A stretch of 64,000 bases of DNA from Saprospiraceae bacterium (lineage in GTDB: Bacteria > Bacteroidota > Bacteroidia > Chitinophagales > Saprospiraceae): contig JAWXBI010000131.1 of the NCBI GenBank assembly GCA_034439915.1, forward strand, positions 701 to 64,700, read 5' to 3'. The translations under genes and the position numbers were made by a program. Shown piece by piece: positions 1-9,700 of this stretch; position 1 is the first letter of the stretch, and each line of letters opens with the position of its first letter. The notes beneath the pieces were generated by a model. That model was not told the origin of the DNA. It searched no databases and was given only the letters and a program-made list of their open reading frames with translations.

Positions 1-138
1 GTAGTTTTCAGCTTAATCGACTTTCCTTACTTAAGGAGCACCATCGTTCGGCTTTACCTATAATACATTTACGGCGCTATGAATTAACTTGACTTTTCAG
101 GTTAATAACAATATCTTACGGCAAATAATTGGTCTGAA

Positions 139-1038
139 TTGGATTTGACGAAGTCGTTTTTAGATTACCTGGAATTTGAAAAAAGATATTCCCCCCACAC
201 CTTGGAGGCCTATCAACAGGACATTCAACAATACCTGGATTATTTGACTTTTGTTTATAACATTCAGGATATTTATGAAACCCAAGGTTTCCATTTGAGG
301 TCCTGGATGGTTTCCCTTCATGAACATAAACGGACCAACCGCACCATCAACCGGAAAATATCAGCCCTTAAATCATTTTTTAACTTTTTAAGGAAACGGC
401 ACGGATTAGTGTCCAACCCAACCCGAAAACTAATAAACCCTAGAGTTGAAAAGAGGCTACCGGTGGTCGTGCGCAAAGAGCAGTTGGACCAACTATTAAA
501 GTTGAACAGGGGCGAACTGAATGATTTTAAGGGTCTGAGGGACAATCTGGTACTGGATATTTTATACAGCTGCGGCTTAAGAAGAAGTGAATTAATCCAG
601 TTGAAGTCGCTGGACTTCGATTGGGGAAGGCGATTGCTGAAGGTGGAAGGAAAAGGAAAAAAAGAAAGATGGATTCCGGTATCACCGGAATTGATCATGC
701 AGGTACAAAAATATCTTACCGTGAGAAATTCCTGGTTGGCAGAAAACGGATTCAACCCTCCGGTTCAATTATTGATAACTGACCAGGGTCAACCACTCTA
801 CCCCAAATGGGTTTATAATTTTGTTAAATCCAATTTAAGTCTGGTGACTTCAGTAGAACGCCGCAGTCCACATATTATAAGACATAGTTTTGCCACCCAT
901 TTGTCGGATGCCGGAGCTGACCTCAATGCCATCAAGACCTTGCTGGGTCATGCTTCCCTGGCAGCTACCCAGGTATATATGCACAATTCAGTGGAAAAGT
1001 TGAAAAAGATCTATGATCAGGCTCATCCAAAATCCTGA
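139..1038 (+). CDS. site-specific tyrosine recombinase, XerC/XerD family
   Basis: 299-aa ORF with a TTG start. N-terminal core-binding motif 'LDYLEFEKRYSPHTLEAYQQDI'. Catalytic-domain motifs 'CGLRRSEL', 'HIIRHSFATHL', 'LLGHASLAATQVYMH'. Confidence 0.85.
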   Translation: MDLTKSFLDYLEFEKRYSPHTLEAYQQDIQQYLDYLTFVYNIQDIYETQGFHLRSWMVSLHEHKRTNRTINRKISALKSFFNFLRKRHGLVSNPTRKLINPRVEKRLPVVVRKEQLDQLLKLNRGELNDFKGLRDNLVLDILYSCGLRRSELIQLKSLDFDWGRRLLKVEGKGKKERWIPVSPELIMQVQKYLTVRNSWLAENGFNPPVQLLITDQGQPLYPKWVYNFVKSNLSLVTSVERRSPHIIRHSFATHLSDAGADLNAIKTLLGHASLAATQVYMHNSVEKLKKIYDQAHPKS

Positions 1039-1089
1039 ACATGGAAAATATTATATTTTACATTTCGTTACAATTTAAAATGTTGAATT

Positions 1090-1386
1090 ATGAAAATCAT
1101 GACAGAAAGTATTCATTTTACGGCCGATCAAAAGTTATTACAATTGATCGAGAAGAAATTACAGAAGCTGGAGCGTTTGTATGAGCGGATCATTGATATT
1201 CATGTGATATTGAAGCTGGAAAATCACCAATCGATTAAGGATAAAATTGTAGAGATTTTTATTCATGTCCCCGGAGGAAATTTGTTTGCCCGGGAAAGCA
1301 GTAAACATTTTGAAACATCGGTGGAATTGGCTTTAGCCTCCATTAAAAAACAAACGATGCGATTTAAAGACCGGTTAAAAAAGTAA
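1090..1386 (+). CDS. hpf: ribosome hibernation promoting factor / RaiA (short form)
   Basis: 98-aa ORF. Its size and N-terminus ('SIHFTADQKLLQLIEKKLQKLERLYERIIDIHVILK') are typical of sigma-54-modulation/HPF proteins. It occupies the conserved position upstream of the tRNA-tuf cluster. Confidence 0.8.
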   Translation: MKIMTESIHFTADQKLLQLIEKKLQKLERLYERIIDIHVILKLENHQSIKDKIVEIFIHVPGGNLFARESSKHFETSVELALASIKKQTMRFKDRLKK

Positions 1387-1396
1387 AAAAATATAT

Positions 1397-1420
1397 AAAC
1401 CGCCCCCGGGCGGTTTTTTT
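1397..1420 (+). terminator. intrinsic terminator after hpf
   Basis: GC stem 'CCGCC'/'GGCGG' (1400-1413) flanked by AAA and followed by a T7 run, 11 nt after the hpf stop codon. Confidence 0.75.
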
Positions 1421-1553
1421 ATGCCAATTTTTAAGTTTGGAGTCGGATTGACCCTTGCCCGGCTTTGGAGGGCAGACGGACTGATAGTCCACGGCCTTTT
1501 ACAGGGGATAATTTTATTTTTGAAATAATTTTTTCAAACAGAAAAATTGTTCG

Positions 1554-1561
1554 TAAATTTG
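1554..1561 (+). promoter_or_regulatory. candidate Bacteroidota -7 promoter box (TAnnTTTG) for the tRNA-tuf operon
   Basis: Exact 'TAAATTTG' about 87 nt upstream of tRNA-Thr and downstream of the hpf terminator. No clean TTTG -33 box at canonical spacing. Confidence 0.35.
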
Positions 1562-1647
1562 TGCGCGCTTTTAAAGAAAAATGCATATTCATTTGAAAAT
1601 CAGGATTGAAGAAACACAAACAAGCAGCTGGAGATGTTTTTAATCAC

Positions 1648-1720
1648 GCCGATGTAGCTCAGCTGGTAGAGCAGCTGACTTGTAATCAGCTGGTCGGGGG
1701 TTCGATTCCCTCCATCGGCT
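1648..1720 (+). tRNA. tRNA-Thr (anticodon TGT)
   Basis: Manual cloverleaf: acceptor GCCGATG/CATCGGC, D-arm GCTC-AGCTGGTA-GAGC, anticodon arm GCTGA-CTTGTAA-TCAGC, T-loop TTCGATT. Confidence 0.9.
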
Positions 1721-1764
1721 CCCATACATATGGACAGGTGTTTGTTTTAGACGAGATAGTATAT

Positions 1765-1848
1765 GGGGGCGCGCCGGAGTGGGAGAGCCGGGCCAGACTG
1801 TAAATCTGGTGTCTTACGACTGAATGGGTTCGAATCCAATCGCCCCCA
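1765..1848 (+). tRNA. tRNA-Tyr (anticodon GTA), class II with long variable arm
   Basis: Acceptor GGGGGCG/CGCCCCC, anticodon arm CCAGA-CTGTAAA-TCTGG, variable-arm hairpin GTC-TTAC-GAC, T-loop TTCGAAT. In my fold position 8 is C and the T-stem has one G/A mismatch. Confidence 0.8.
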
Positions 1849-1919
1849 CTCAATTATCCAACTATAGGGTTGATAATCAACCTGTATGGTGATGACCAGA
1901 CGGTAAAAAATACTGATCA

Positions 1920-1992
1920 GCGGGAGTAGCTCAGTTGGTAGAGCGACAGCCTTCCAAGCTGTAGGTCGCGGGTTCGAGCCTCGTCTCCCGCT
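1920..1992 (+). tRNA. tRNA-Gly (anticodon TCC)
   Basis: Acceptor GCGGGAG/CTCCCGC, anticodon arm ACAGC-CTTCCAA-GCTGT, T-loop TTCGAGC. Confidence 0.9.
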
Positions 1993-2073
1993 CAGATTTG
2001 CACCACCTTTGTAAAATGTGGAGTAATCAAGGGAAGGTGTTTGAGATCGGAAGTGATACTCAGATGCTGCAAA

Positions 2074-2145
2074 GCCAATGTAGCTCAGGGGTAGAGCACT
2101 TCCTTGGTAAGGAAGGGGTCGAGGGTTCAATTCCCTTCGTTGGCT
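2074..2145 (+). tRNA. tRNA-Thr (anticodon GGT)
   Basis: Acceptor GCCAATG/CGTTGGC (one G-U pair), anticodon arm CTTCC-TTGGTAA-GGAAG, T-loop TTCAATT. Completes the conserved Thr-Tyr-Gly-Thr-tuf arrangement. Confidence 0.9.
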
Positions 2146-2207
2146 CATTTTTTAATTCAAATAAAATTATTTATATCATTAAATTTTAATAAAAACGGTA
2201 CTTAACC

Positions 2208-3404
2208 ATGGCAAAAGAAACATTTCAGAGGAATAAACCTCACTTAAACGTGGGTACTATCGGTCACGTTGATCACGGTAAAACGACTTTGACAGCCGCT
2301 ATTACCTCGATTCTTTCTGAATCGGGCCTGGCTGAAAAAAGGTCGTATGATTCAATAGATGCAGCTCCGGAAGAAAAGGAACGCGGTATTACAATCAATA
2401 CGGCTCACGTAGAATATCAAACCCAGAAAAGGCACTATGCCCACGTAGATTGCCCTGGACATGCGGATTATGTAAAAAACATGGTTACCGGTGCAGCCCA
2501 GATGGATGGCGCTATTTTAGTAGTAGCGGCCACCGACGGACCTATGCCCCAGACCAGAGAACACATTCTGCTTGCCAAACAAGTAGGTGTTCCCAAAATC
2601 GTCGTATTTATGAATAAAGTCGACCTGGTGGACGATGAGGAAATGCTCGACCTGGTAGAAATGGAAGTTCGTGAGTTGTTAGACATATACGGTTTTGACG
2701 GTGCCCATGCTTCGGTAATCAAAGGCTCTGCCTTAAAAGCGCTGGAAGGCGACCCAATGTATAAACAGCGTATCCTGGACCTCATGGACGCAGTGGATAA
2801 AGATATTCCTGAACCTATCCGTCTGATAGACCAGCCTTTCCTGATGCCCGTTGAAGATGTATTTTCTATTACCGGCCGTGGAACGGTAGCAACCGGTCGT
2901 ATTGAAAAAGGTATAATTAAAGTCGGCGAAGGTGTTGAAATCGTGGGTATGATGAAAGATGAGGAAAAACCCCTGGCTTCTACCATCACAGGAGTGGAAA
3001 TGTTCCGCAAATTACTAGACCGGGGAGAAGCTGGTGATAACGCCGGTTTGTTGCTCAGAGGAGTAGAAAAAGAACAGATCCGAAGAGGTATGGTAATCTG
3101 TGCACCGGGTTCGGTAAAACCACACAAAAAATTCAAAGCAGAAATTTATGTGCTGAGCAAAGAAGAAGGTGGACGTCATACGCCATTCTTTAACGGTTAT
3201 CGCCCACAGTTTTACTTCAGGACCACCGACGTTACCGGGGATGTTAAATTACCCGAAGGTGTCGAAATGGTCATGCCTGGTGATAATGTAACGATCGATG
3301 CAAGTTTACTTAATTCAATTGCAATGGAAAAAAACCTGCGGTTTGCGATTCGCGAAGGCGGTCGGACAGTAGGTGCCGGTCAGGTGACCGAGATCCTGGA
3401 TTAA
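2208..3404 (+). CDS. tuf: translation elongation factor Tu
   Basis: 398 aa. G-domain motifs '[10 protein letters not shown]', 'DCPGHADY', 'NKVD'; full-length EF-Tu-like sequence. Confidence 0.99.
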   Translation: MAKETFQRNKPHLNVGTIGHVDHGKTTLTAAITSILSESGLAEKRSYDSIDAAPEEKERGITINTAHVEYQTQKRHYAHVDCPGHADYVKNMVTGAAQMDGAILVVAATDGPMPQTREHILLAKQVGVPKIVVFMNKVDLVDDEEMLDLVEMEVRELLDIYGFDGAHASVIKGSALKALEGDPMYKQRILDLMDAVDKDIPEPIRLIDQPFLMPVEDVFSITGRGTVATGRIEKGIIKVGEGVEIVGMMKDEEKPLASTITGVEMFRKLLDRGEAGDNAGLLLRGVEKEQIRRGMVICAPGSVKPHKKFKAEIYVLSKEEGGRHTPFFNGYRPQFYFRTTDVTGDVKLPEGVEMVMPGDNVTIDASLLNSIAMEKNLRFAIREGGRTVGAGQVTEILD

Positions 3405-3433
3405 GCAGGTAAACTATTGATATAATTAATTTT

Positions 3434-3467
3434 AAAGAAGCATCTCCGCAGTTGGAGGTGCTTCTTT
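3434..3467 (+). terminator. stem-loop terminator/attenuator after tuf
   Basis: 14-nt arms 'AAAGAAGCATCTCC' and 'GGAGGTGCTTCTTT' (one G-U pair) with a 6-nt loop, 30 nt after the tuf stop. The U-tract is short and partly inside the stem. Confidence 0.55.
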
Positions 3468-3486
3468 GTCATAAAAAAAGCCAAAA

Positions 3487-3559
3487 ACGGGCATAGCTCA
3501 ATTGGTAGAGCGACGGTCTCCAAAACCGTAGGCTGCGGGTTCGATTCCTGCTGCCCGTG
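3487..3559 (+). tRNA. tRNA-Trp (anticodon CCA)
   Basis: Acceptor ACGGGCA/TGCCCGT, anticodon loop 'CTCCAAA', T-arm GCGGG-TTCGATT-CCTGC. Sits in the conserved position upstream of secE. Confidence 0.9.
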
Positions 3560-3574
3560 CAAGCGAAAAACGAT

Positions 3575-3763
3575 ATGGACAAGATTAGACTATACCTGAA
3601 GGAAAGTTATGATGAGTTGACCAATAAAGTCACCTGGCCTTCCTGGCCCAACCTGGTGGACAGCGCAAAAGTGGTGCTGATCGCCACAGTCATCATCACT
3701 GCCATTATTTTTATAATGGACCTTATTTCCAATTCAGTTTTAAATGTGGTCTACGGATTATAA
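3575..3763 (+). CDS. secE: preprotein translocase subunit SecE
   Basis: Small protein with a single C-terminal TM helix ('VVLIATVIITAIIFIMDLI') directly upstream of nusG. I chose the ATG at 3575 because the GTG at 3557 overlaps the tRNA-Trp 3' end. Confidence 0.85.
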   Translation: MDKIRLYLKESYDELTNKVTWPSWPNLVDSAKVVLIATVIITAIIFIMDLISNSVLNVVYGL

Positions 3764-3771
3764 ACTTTAAA

Positions 3772-4323
3772 ATGGCTGAACAGGAAAAAAAATTATACTC
3801 TTTGCGCGTAATCAGTGGCAAAGAACGCAAAATCAAGGAGCGGATTGAATTGGAAATCCAGCGTCAGGGCTGGAGCAGTTTTATCTCCCAGGTCATCGTA
3901 CCCTCTGAAAAAGTGTACAAGATCAGGAATGGTAAAAAAGTAGTATTGGAGAGAAATATCTTACCGGGTTATATCCTCCTGGAAGCGGATGCGGCAAAAC
4001 TGATTCCTGAAGTGGTACAGGTCATTGCCAATATCCCGAATGTTATTCATTTTCTGGGTAAAGAGACCCCGATACCCATGAGCGCCGGTGAAGCGAATCG
4101 CCTGCTCGGAAAGGTCGATGAGTCACAGCAAGCCGGTGAATTCATGATAGAACCTTTCCTGGCCGGAGAAACCGTCAAAATCATCGATGGACCTTTTAAT
4201 GATTTTGTAGGCGACATCAAAGAAATAAATGAAGAAAAGAAAAAACTGAAAGTCATTGTAAAAATATTCGGACGGGGTACAGAAGTGGAATTGAACTTTA
4301 TGCAGGTTGAAAAAACATCTTAA
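3772..4323 (+). CDS. nusG: transcription termination/antitermination factor NusG
   Basis: 183 aa. NGN domain N-terminus 'LYSLRVISGKERKIKERIE' and KOW motif 'GETVKIIDGPFNDFVGDIKEI'. Confidence 0.95.
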   Translation: MAEQEKKLYSLRVISGKERKIKERIELEIQRQGWSSFISQVIVPSEKVYKIRNGKKVVLERNILPGYILLEADAAKLIPEVVQVIANIPNVIHFLGKETPIPMSAGEANRLLGKVDESQQAGEFMIEPFLAGETVKIIDGPFNDFVGDIKEINEEKKKLKVIVKIFGRGTEVELNFMQVEKTS

Positions 4324-4391
4324 AATAATTTAAACAGGCAACTTCAAATTTGCTTCCTTGAAGTTCCGACTTATAAAACAGAAAATCGATT

Positions 4392-4832
4392 ATGTCAAAA
4401 GAAATTGAAACATTCATCAAATTGCAGGTCAAAGGAGGCCAGGCGAATCCCGCTCCACCCATCGGCCCGGCATTAGGGTCCAAAGGGGTCAATATCATGG
4501 AGTTCTGTAAACGATTCAACGCACAGACCCAGGACAGACAGGGTAAGGTATTGCCTGTGGTGCTGACCGTATTTAAAGACAAATCATTCGAATTTATCAT
4601 CAAAACGGCCCCGGCAGCCATTCAGTTATTGGAAATTACCAAACTCAAATCCGGCTCCAAAGAACCTAACAGGTCCAAGGTGGCTGATGTCAGTTGGGAC
4701 CAGGTAAAAGCCATTGCAGAAGATAAACTTCCTGATCTGAATGCATTTACGGTGGAATCCGCTATGAAAATGGTAGCGGGTACCGCCCGTTCTATGGGGA
4801 TCACAGTAAGTGGAAAAGCCCCCTGGAATTAA
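4392..4832 (+). CDS. rplK: 50S ribosomal protein L11
   Basis: 146 aa; '[24 protein letters not shown]' is the L11 signature. Confidence 0.98.
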   Translation: MSKEIETFIKLQVKGGQANPAPPIGPALGSKGVNIMEFCKRFNAQTQDRQGKVLPVVLTVFKDKSFEFIIKTAPAAIQLLEITKLKSGSKEPNRSKVADVSWDQVKAIAEDKLPDLNAFTVESAMKMVAGTARSMGITVSGKAPWN

Positions 4833-4924
4833 AATTAAAAAATTCTCTTCACCGAGGGAGTCCGCCTGAAAGCAGCGAAAACCAGCTTGAAAGGCAGACG
4901 TTATTAACCTCTAAAATTTAAAAA

Positions 4925-5617
4925 ATGGCACAAGAAACCAAAAAAAGAAAAGTTGTCAATGTTAAGGTCGATAGGAAAAAATTCCTGGCTTTAAAAGATG
5001 CAATGGCGCTGGTAAAAGAAGTCAACACAGCCAAATTTGATGCATCGGTTGATATTCACATCCGGTTGGGAATAGACCCAAGAAAATCTGACCAGGCTAT
5101 CCGGGGCACGGTAAATCTTCCTCACGGAACAGGTAAGACCAAAAGAGTACTGGTATTGTGTACTCCGGACAAAGAAGCAGAAGCCAAAGCCGCAGGTGCA
5201 GACCATGTAGGACTGGATGAATATATCCAAAAAATCTCCGAAGGTTGGATGGACATTGATGTAATTATCGCTACTCCGACGGTCATGGCTAAAATTGGAA
5301 AAATTGGACGTATTCTCGGCCCAAGAGGCCTGATGCCCAATCCCAAAACAGGTACCGTTACCCAAGATGTCGGAGCTGCTATCAATGAGGTAAAAGGAGG
5401 TAAAATTGCCTTCCGGGTGGACAAACAAGCCATCATACACAGTACGGTTGGGCGCGTTTCCTTTACGTCTGAAAAATTGACAGAAAACGCCAATGAACTG
5501 TTGACTACTATTGTCAAATTGAAACCTTCTTCAGCCAAAGGAATCTACATCAAATCGGTTTCGATAGCCAGTACCATGAGTCCTGGTATATGGTTGGACA
5601 TCAAATCATTACATTAA
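4925..5617 (+). CDS. rplA: 50S ribosomal protein L1
   Basis: 230 aa; '[13 protein letters not shown]' and '[16 protein letters not shown]' are L1 motifs. Syntenic with rplK and rplJ. Confidence 0.98.
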   Translation: MAQETKKRKVVNVKVDRKKFLALKDAMALVKEVNTAKFDASVDIHIRLGIDPRKSDQAIRGTVNLPHGTGKTKRVLVLCTPDKEAEAKAAGADHVGLDEYIQKISEGWMDIDVIIATPTVMAKIGKIGRILGPRGLMPNPKTGTVTQDVGAAINEVKGGKIAFRVDKQAIIHSTVGRVSFTSEKLTENANELLTTIVKLKPSSAKGIYIKSVSIASTMSPGIWLDIKSLH

Positions 5618-5647
5618 TTTAATTAACCAGGTAAATCTGAATTTGAA

Positions 5648-6175
5648 ATGAATAAAGCAGATAAAGGGACAACGATCGAAACCCTGAAAGATAAATTTAA
5701 TAACAGTACTTATTTTTATCTGGCTGATGCTTCGTCAATGACCGTAGCCCAGATCACTAAATTTCGGCGGCTGTGTTTTGATAAAGGTATCGAAGTCAAA
5801 GTGGTAAAAAATACCCTGGCCAAAAAGGCCATGGAAGCACTTCCCGCTTCAAGAGGGTTTGCAGACATCTATGATGCCCTTCGTGGCCCGACGGCGATCC
5901 TGTTTTCGGATCAGGGCAGCCTGCCGGCGAAATTATTAAAAGAGTTTAGGACCACTTCCGAAAAGCCGGTATTAAAAGCAGCTTATATCGACAGTGCCGT
6001 TTTTAAAGGAGATGATCAAATTGATATCCTCATAGCAATTAAATCTAAAAACCAATTGCTCGGGGAATTGATCGGACTGTTGCAATCACCAGCCCGCAAT
6101 GTTATCGGTGCACTTCAATCCGGCGGCCAAAAACTGGCAGGATTGGTCAAAGCTCTCGAAGAAAGGGCAAATTAA
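5648..6175 (+). CDS. rplJ: 50S ribosomal protein L10
   Basis: 175 aa, located between rplA and rplL; L10-like N-terminus ('KFRRLCFDKGIEVKVVKNTLAKKA'). Confidence 0.95.
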   Translation: MNKADKGTTIETLKDKFNNSTYFYLADASSMTVAQITKFRRLCFDKGIEVKVVKNTLAKKAMEALPASRGFADIYDALRGPTAILFSDQGSLPAKLLKEFRTTSEKPVLKAAYIDSAVFKGDDQIDILIAIKSKNQLLGELIGLLQSPARNVIGALQSGGQKLAGLVKALEERAN

Positions 6176-6234
6176 TTTGGCTTCCAAGTACGCATATATA
6201 TTATTATTAATCTAAAACAAAAATTAAACCTATC

Positions 6235-6615
6235 ATGGCAGATTTAAAAGAACTGGCAGATCAACTGGTAAACCTGACAGTAAAGCAGGTCAATGAGTTG
6301 GCTGCAATATTAAAAGATGAGCATGGGATCGAACCGGCAGCAGCAGCTGTAGCTGTAGCTGCACCCGCAGCAGCTGGAGGCGGAGCCGCAGCAGCAGTAG
6401 AACAATCGGAGTTTGATGTAATCTTAAAATCAGCTGGTGCTGAGAAATTGAAAGTAGTAAAAGAAGTTAAAACCTTACTTAATCTTGGTTTGAAAGAAGC
6501 CAAAGATCTGGTAGACGGCGCTCCTGCTACTTTGAAAGAAAAAGCAACCAAAGAAGAAGCTCAGGCACTGAAGACCGCATTGGAAACCGTAGGTGCTGAA
6601 GTGGAAGTAAAATAA
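6235..6615 (+). CDS. rplL: 50S ribosomal protein L7/L12
   Basis: 126 aa. Ala-rich hinge and C-terminal '[27 protein letters not shown]'. Confidence 0.98.
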   Translation: MADLKELADQLVNLTVKQVNELAAILKDEHGIEPAAAAVAVAAPAAAGGGAAAAVEQSEFDVILKSAGAEKLKVVKEVKTLLNLGLKEAKDLVDGAPATLKEKATKEEAQALKTALETVGAEVEVK

Positions 6616-6655
6616 AATCATATTGATTTATTTTAAGGACTACTACATATTACCA

Positions 6656-6705
6656 AATCAGCGGCTTAGCTAAATACAATGTATTTGGCTAGGCCTTTAC
6701 TGATT
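6656..6705 (+). promoter_or_regulatory. rplL-rpoB intergenic stem-loop (attenuator or processing-site candidate)
   Basis: 11-bp stem 'TAGCTAAATAC'/'GTATTTGGCTA' (6667-6691, 3-nt loop, one G-U pair), enclosed by an outer 6-bp helix 'AATCAG'/'CTGATT'. No U-tract follows. Confidence 0.4.
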
Positions 6706-6756
6706 CTGCACAAAGAGATACCATTTTTAGTTAAATTATAAATTCGCAATAGGTTT

Positions 6757-9700
6757 ATGGCAATCAAAAAAATAGATTCTAAGCGCGTAAATTTTGGGAA
6801 AATAAAGCACGGTACAGAATCACCCGATCTGCTTGAAATCCAGTTAAAGTCTTTTCAGGAATTTTTTCAACTGGAAACCACCCCTGAAAACCGCAGCAAT
6901 GAAGGGTTATATAAAGTGTTTCAGGAAAATTTCCCCATCACCGATGCCCGCAACATCTTTTTATTGGAGTTCCTGGATTATTTCGTCGACCCTCCCCGCT
7001 ATACCATTGATGAGTGTATGCAGAGAGGTCTTACCTACAGTGTCCCGTTAAAAGCAAAATTGCGGTTGTCCTGTAACGACGAAGAACACGTCGATTTCGA
7101 AACTATCGTGCAGGATGTGTTCCTGGGAAATATTCCCTATATGACGCCTAAAGGCACCTTTGTAATCAATGGAGCAGAACGTGTCATTGTGAGCCAGTTG
7201 CACCGTTCCCCGGGGGTATTCTTTAACCAGACTTTTCACCCCAATGGCACCAAGATTTATTCTGCCCGGGTCATCCCGTTTAAAGGGGCCTGGATGGAGT
7301 TTTCCACCGATATCAACACGGTCATGTATGCCTACATCGACCGCAAAAAGAAATTTCCCGTAACTACCCTGCTCAGGGCTATTGGCTTTGATTCAGACAA
7401 GGACATACTAGACCTTTTTGGTCTGGCCGAAGAAGTTACGGTAACCGCCAAACACCTCCAGCAAAATATTGGAAGGAAATTAGCTGCCCGGGTGCTGAAA
7501 AAATGGACCGAAGATTTTGTCGACGAAGATACCGGTGAAGTCGTGACCATTGAACGCAATGAAATTATTCTGGAACGGGACATTATCCTGGATGAAGAAA
7601 ATGTCCAGCTTATCCTCGAAGCCGAATCGGAAACCATTATCCTCCAAAAAGAAGAAGTGGAAGATGATTATTCTATCATTTATAACACACTTCAAAAAGA
7701 CCCATCCAGTTCAGAACTGGAAGCCGTACAACACATCTACAGGCAACTGAGAGGTACGGATCCTCCAGATGAAGAAACTGCGCGCGGGATCATTGATAAA
7801 TTATTTTTCTCTGACAAACGATACAACCTGGGAGAAGTTGGCAGGTATAAAATAAATAAAAAGCTCGATCAGGAGATCGATCTGGCTACTATGATCCTGA
7901 CCAATCAGGACATCATCAGCATCGTTAAATACCTGGTATTGCTCATCAACCAGAAAGCTGAACTCGATGATATCGATCACCTGAGCAATAGAAGGGTACG
8001 CACCGTGGGCGAACAATTGTATGCCCAATTTGGTGTAGGTTTGGCCAGGATGGCGAGGACTATCCGCGAACGGATGAACGTACGTGATAATGAAGTATTT
8101 ACTCCGATCGACCTTATCAATGCCCGCACCCTGTCTTCTGTCGTCTCTTCATTCTTTGGAACCAGCCAGTTATCTCAGTTTTTGGATCAGACGAATCCTT
8201 TGTCTGAAATCACCCACAAACGCAGGATTTCTGCACTTGGACCCGGTGGTCTTTCCAGGGAAAGAGCGGGTTTTGAGGTAAGGGACGTGCATTATTCGCA
8301 TTATGGCCGCTTGTGTACCATTGAAACTCCGGAAGGTCCAAACATCGGATTGATTTCTACGTTGTGTGTACATGCCAAGGTCAATAAAATGGGGTTCCTT
8401 GAAACACCTTATCGCAAAGTAAAAAACGGGGTGGTCGAAACCAAAACACATGCGGAGTTTTTATCGGCCGAACTCGAAGACAATAAGAAAATAGCACAGG
8501 CCAATTCCACCATCGATGAGAAGGGCGCCTTTTTGAGTGACCGGATCAAATGCCGTCAGCACGGTGATTTCCCGGTACTCACACCAGACGAAGTCGAATA
8601 CATTGATATAGCCCCGAATCAAATTGTTGGGGTATCTGCTTCATTGATTCCGTTTTTGGAAAACGATGATGCCAACCGGGCTTTGATGGGATCCAACATG
8701 CAACGTCAGGCAGTGCCTTTGATCAACCCACAATCTCCTATTGTAGGTACCGGGTTGGAAGGCAAAGTAGCCGTAGATAGCCGCATGCTGATTAATGCAG
8801 AAGGAGATGGCACCGTTGAATACGTAGATGCCAATCAGATTATCATCAAATATGACCGTTCAGAAGAAGATCAGTTGGTTTCTTTTGAAGATAATTTAAA
8901 GACCTATCAGCTCACCAAATTTCAGCGGACCAATCAGGCTACTTGTATCAACCTGAAACCTATTGTTAAAAAAGGGGATCGGGTTCATGCTGGAAGTATT
9001 CTCTGCGATGGTTATGCAACAGACAAAGGCGAATTAGCTTTGGGCCAAAACCTCAAAGTGGCCTTCATGCCCTGGAAAGGTTACAATTTTGAAGATGCTA
9101 TTGTAATTTCTGAACGCGTGGTTCAACAGGATGTATTTTCTTCCATTCACATTGAAAGTTTTGATCTGGATGTAAGGGAAACGAAATTAGGTGATGAAGA
9201 ACTCACCAACGATATCCCGAATGTCAGTGAAGAAGCCACCAAAGACCTGGACGAAAACGGAATTATCCGTATCGGGGCCTGGGTGAATGAAGGCGATATC
9301 CTGATCGGAAAAATCACGCCCAAAGGAGAATCCGATCCAACACCGGAAGAAAAATTGTTGAGGGCAATATTTGGAGACAAAGCAGGCGATGTCAAAGATG
9401 CTTCATTAAAAGCGCCACCATCTATTGAAGGGGTGGTGATTGACAAGCAACTCTTTGCAAAAGCCAAAAAAGATAAAATACAAAAAGGACAAGAAAAGGA
9501 TGTACTGGATAAACTGGAACAAAAACATGAAGTTGCGGTCAACCAGCTTAAGACGATCCTGATCGATAAACTGATGCGGTTGCTCAAAGGAGAAGCTACA
9601 GAGGGAATCCGCACCATTTACGGGGAACAACTGGTGACCAAAGGGTCTAAGTTTTCTCCAAATATGTTGAAGAAAGTGGATTTTGCTTCTGTGGATTATA

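Noticed and set aside
139-2145. Tyrosine recombinase next to a tRNA cluster, considered as a possible integrative element boundary.
   Set aside because: The recombinase has Xer-type housekeeping features. The xer-hpf-tRNA-tuf order is flanked by core genes only. I found no repeat of any tRNA 3' end (att-like site) elsewhere in the window.
1431-2189. Four ORFs of 62-133 aa in the track (1431-1619 -, 1606-1803 +, 1747-2148 -, 1998-2189 +).
   Set aside because: They run through or antisense to four well-formed tRNA genes and their spacers. Their sequences are low-complexity with no motifs, so they are artefacts of an ORF-free RNA gene cluster.
6330-6400. GC-rich 'GCAGCAGCAGCTGTAGCTGTAGCTGCA...' microsatellite-like run.
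   Set aside because: It encodes the Ala-rich flexible hinge of ribosomal protein L7/L12, a normal feature of rplL.
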